A stretch of DNA of 64,000 nucleotides, from NCBI GenBank assembly GCA_963719935.1, contig CAVRDY010000007.1:16335-80334 (forward strand). Direction: 5' to 3'. A program made the translations under genes and the position numbers. Under the pieces are notes generated by a model. It did not search any database and was not told where the DNA came from. It worked only from the letters and a program-made list of their open reading frames with translations. Source of the stretch: an uncultured Actinomycetes bacterium. Its GTDB lineage: Bacteria > Actinomycetota > Acidimicrobiia > Acidimicrobiales > CAVRDY01. Below are positions 62,626-64,000 of the stretch, piece by piece. Within the stretch, counting starts at the first letter, position 1. The number at the start of each line of letters is the position of its first letter.

Positions 62626-64000
62626 ATGGCTGGCAGTACGGGTATCCGAGCCCGGACCTCGAGGTTGCGGCCACTCGTGGCCCTTTTCGCAGTCTGGGTG
62701 GTGGTGGCCAGCGCCTGCGGATCGGGCGACGACGATGGCGGCGACGAGGCGACCGGCACCACCACGACCACCTCACCGGGTGAACCCCAGCAGGGCGGCA
62801 AGCTGGTGTTCGCGGTCACCGCCGAGACCGATGGCTGGAACCCCTCGGCCAGCCGCTGGGGCCCGAGCGCATTCAGCGTCGCCCGCGCCGTGTACGACCC
62901 GCTCACGGTCATCGACCTCGAGGGTGTGGCCCAGCCCTACCTGGTTGAGTCCATCACGCCCAACGACACCCTCACCGAGTGGACCATCACGATCCGCGAG
63001 GGCGTCACCTTCCACAACGGTGACCCGCTGACGACCGAAGTGCTCGCCACCTTCCTCAAGACCATGCAGCTGTCCGTGCTCGCAGGCTTCGCCTTCGACC
63101 CCATCGACGCTGTTGCCGTGCTGAACGACACCCAGGTGGTGGTCATCACCAACGAGCCCTGGGCCACGTTCCCCGCCATGTTGTCGGGTCAGCCCGGCTA
63201 CATGGTCCATCCCGACGTGCTGACCGGCAAGGTCACAGACCCGCTGGGGACCGGTCCGTTCGTGTTCAAGGAGTGGACTCCCGACGACCACCTGAGTGTG
63301 GTGGCCAACCCAGACTACTGGCGGCCCGGCCTGCCGTATCTGGACGAGGTCGAGTTCAAACCCACACCCGACGCCGCGACAAGGCGCGCCGCGTCTGGCC
63401 AGCAACGACGTGGATCTCATCCACACCAACGCCGCCGCCGACCTCATGGAGATCGGGCGGGACGGTGCGGGAGCCCCGGAGGGCTTCGTCGCAGTGTTCG
63501 ATGGCAGCGCCGGTGACGAGGCGCACCTCGGACTCAACACCCAGACCGGTCCCACCGCCGACCTGGACGTGCGCCGGGCCCTGGCCCTGGCCACCGACCG
63601 CCAGGCCCTGGTGGACGGACTTTACGAGGGCTTCTTCGAGATCGCCGACGGGCCCTTCGACCCCGAGTCGTTCTGGTGGTCCGACGCAGGTTGGCCCGAA
63701 CCCGACCCCGACGCGGCCGCCGCTCTGGTGGAGGCCTGGGAGGAGGAGAACGGCCCGCTCAAGATCCGTTTGATGGTCATCGCCAGCCCCGAGAACCTCG
63801 AGTTGGGTCAGGCCATCCAGCAGCAGTGGGACGGGGCCGGCATCGAAGCCGACGTGGAGGCCATCCCCGAAGCCGTCTTCTCCGAGGCCATGCTCCTGGG
63901 CAACTTCGACGCGTTCGCGATCCAGTACTACAACCGCTCCGATCCCGACGAGCACTTCCACTTCTGGGATCCCAACCGCATCGGCGCACCGGGCGAGTTG
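62626..64000 (+). pseudogene. ABC transporter substrate-binding protein (family 5, peptide/nickel type), lipoprotein; one frameshift near 63390; 3' end beyond the window
   Basis: Signal and lipobox LVALFAVWVVVASACGS. YDPLTVIDLEG...WTITIREGVTFHNGDPLT...GTGPFVFKEWTPDDHLSVVANPDYW. After ..PDAATRRAA the family-like sequence continues in the next frame (LASNDVDLIHTNAAADL...VRRALALATDRQALVDG...), which stays open to position 64000. Confidence 0.8.

Overview
High-GC (about 70%) actinobacterial-type chromosomal segment. The taxon is an inference from gene content: F420/LLM oxidoreductases, an imuA'-imuB mutasome with a mycobacterial-type LexA box, and fmdB-galU-moeA-moaA-moaC synteny. It may be Acidimicrobiia-like, but I cannot verify that. 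I support about 58 genes. Housekeeping: tldD/pmbA, galU, molybdenum-cofactor genes, rnhB, tRNA-Ala(CGC), an OmpR-type two-component pair and imuA'-imuB. There are several lipid/acyl-CoA clusters (acyl-CoA dehydrogenases, thiolase-like, acyl-CoA synthetase, enoyl-CoA hydratase, SDRs, thioesterases) and a molybdopterin oxidoreductase. A tRNA-flanked accessory stretch carries a DUF4143 ATPase, a VapBC-like pair, methyltransferases and a YcaQ/AlkZ-like glycosylase. An SLH-anchored secreted esterase is also present. The most interesting locus is about 6.2 kb at 41.0-47.3 kb, between lipid genes and rnhB. It holds a stand-alone SLOG/DprA-like protein and a 2TM P-loop channel fused to tandem RCK domains and a RyR domain. 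These converge on a DUF4062-NACHT-TPR STAND NTPase that is frameshifted in a homopolymer and lacks the Walker A lysine. I propose this as a candidate nucleotide-signal-gated membrane effector/conflict system; that is inference only. Other notable signals: a perfect CIRCE operator in a non-chaperone context, several perfect short tandem repeats abutting stop codons (25 bp x8, 26 bp x3.9, 20 bp x2, 13 bp x4), and in-frame 15-bp VNTRs, including one in imuB. A TPP-enzyme gene is broken by at least 10 frameshifts. Single or double frameshifts, often at homopolymers, occur in four other genes, so sequencing indel error is a serious alternative to real pseudogenisation. Many long ORFs in the supplied track are high-GC antisense or off-frame artefacts and were not called.
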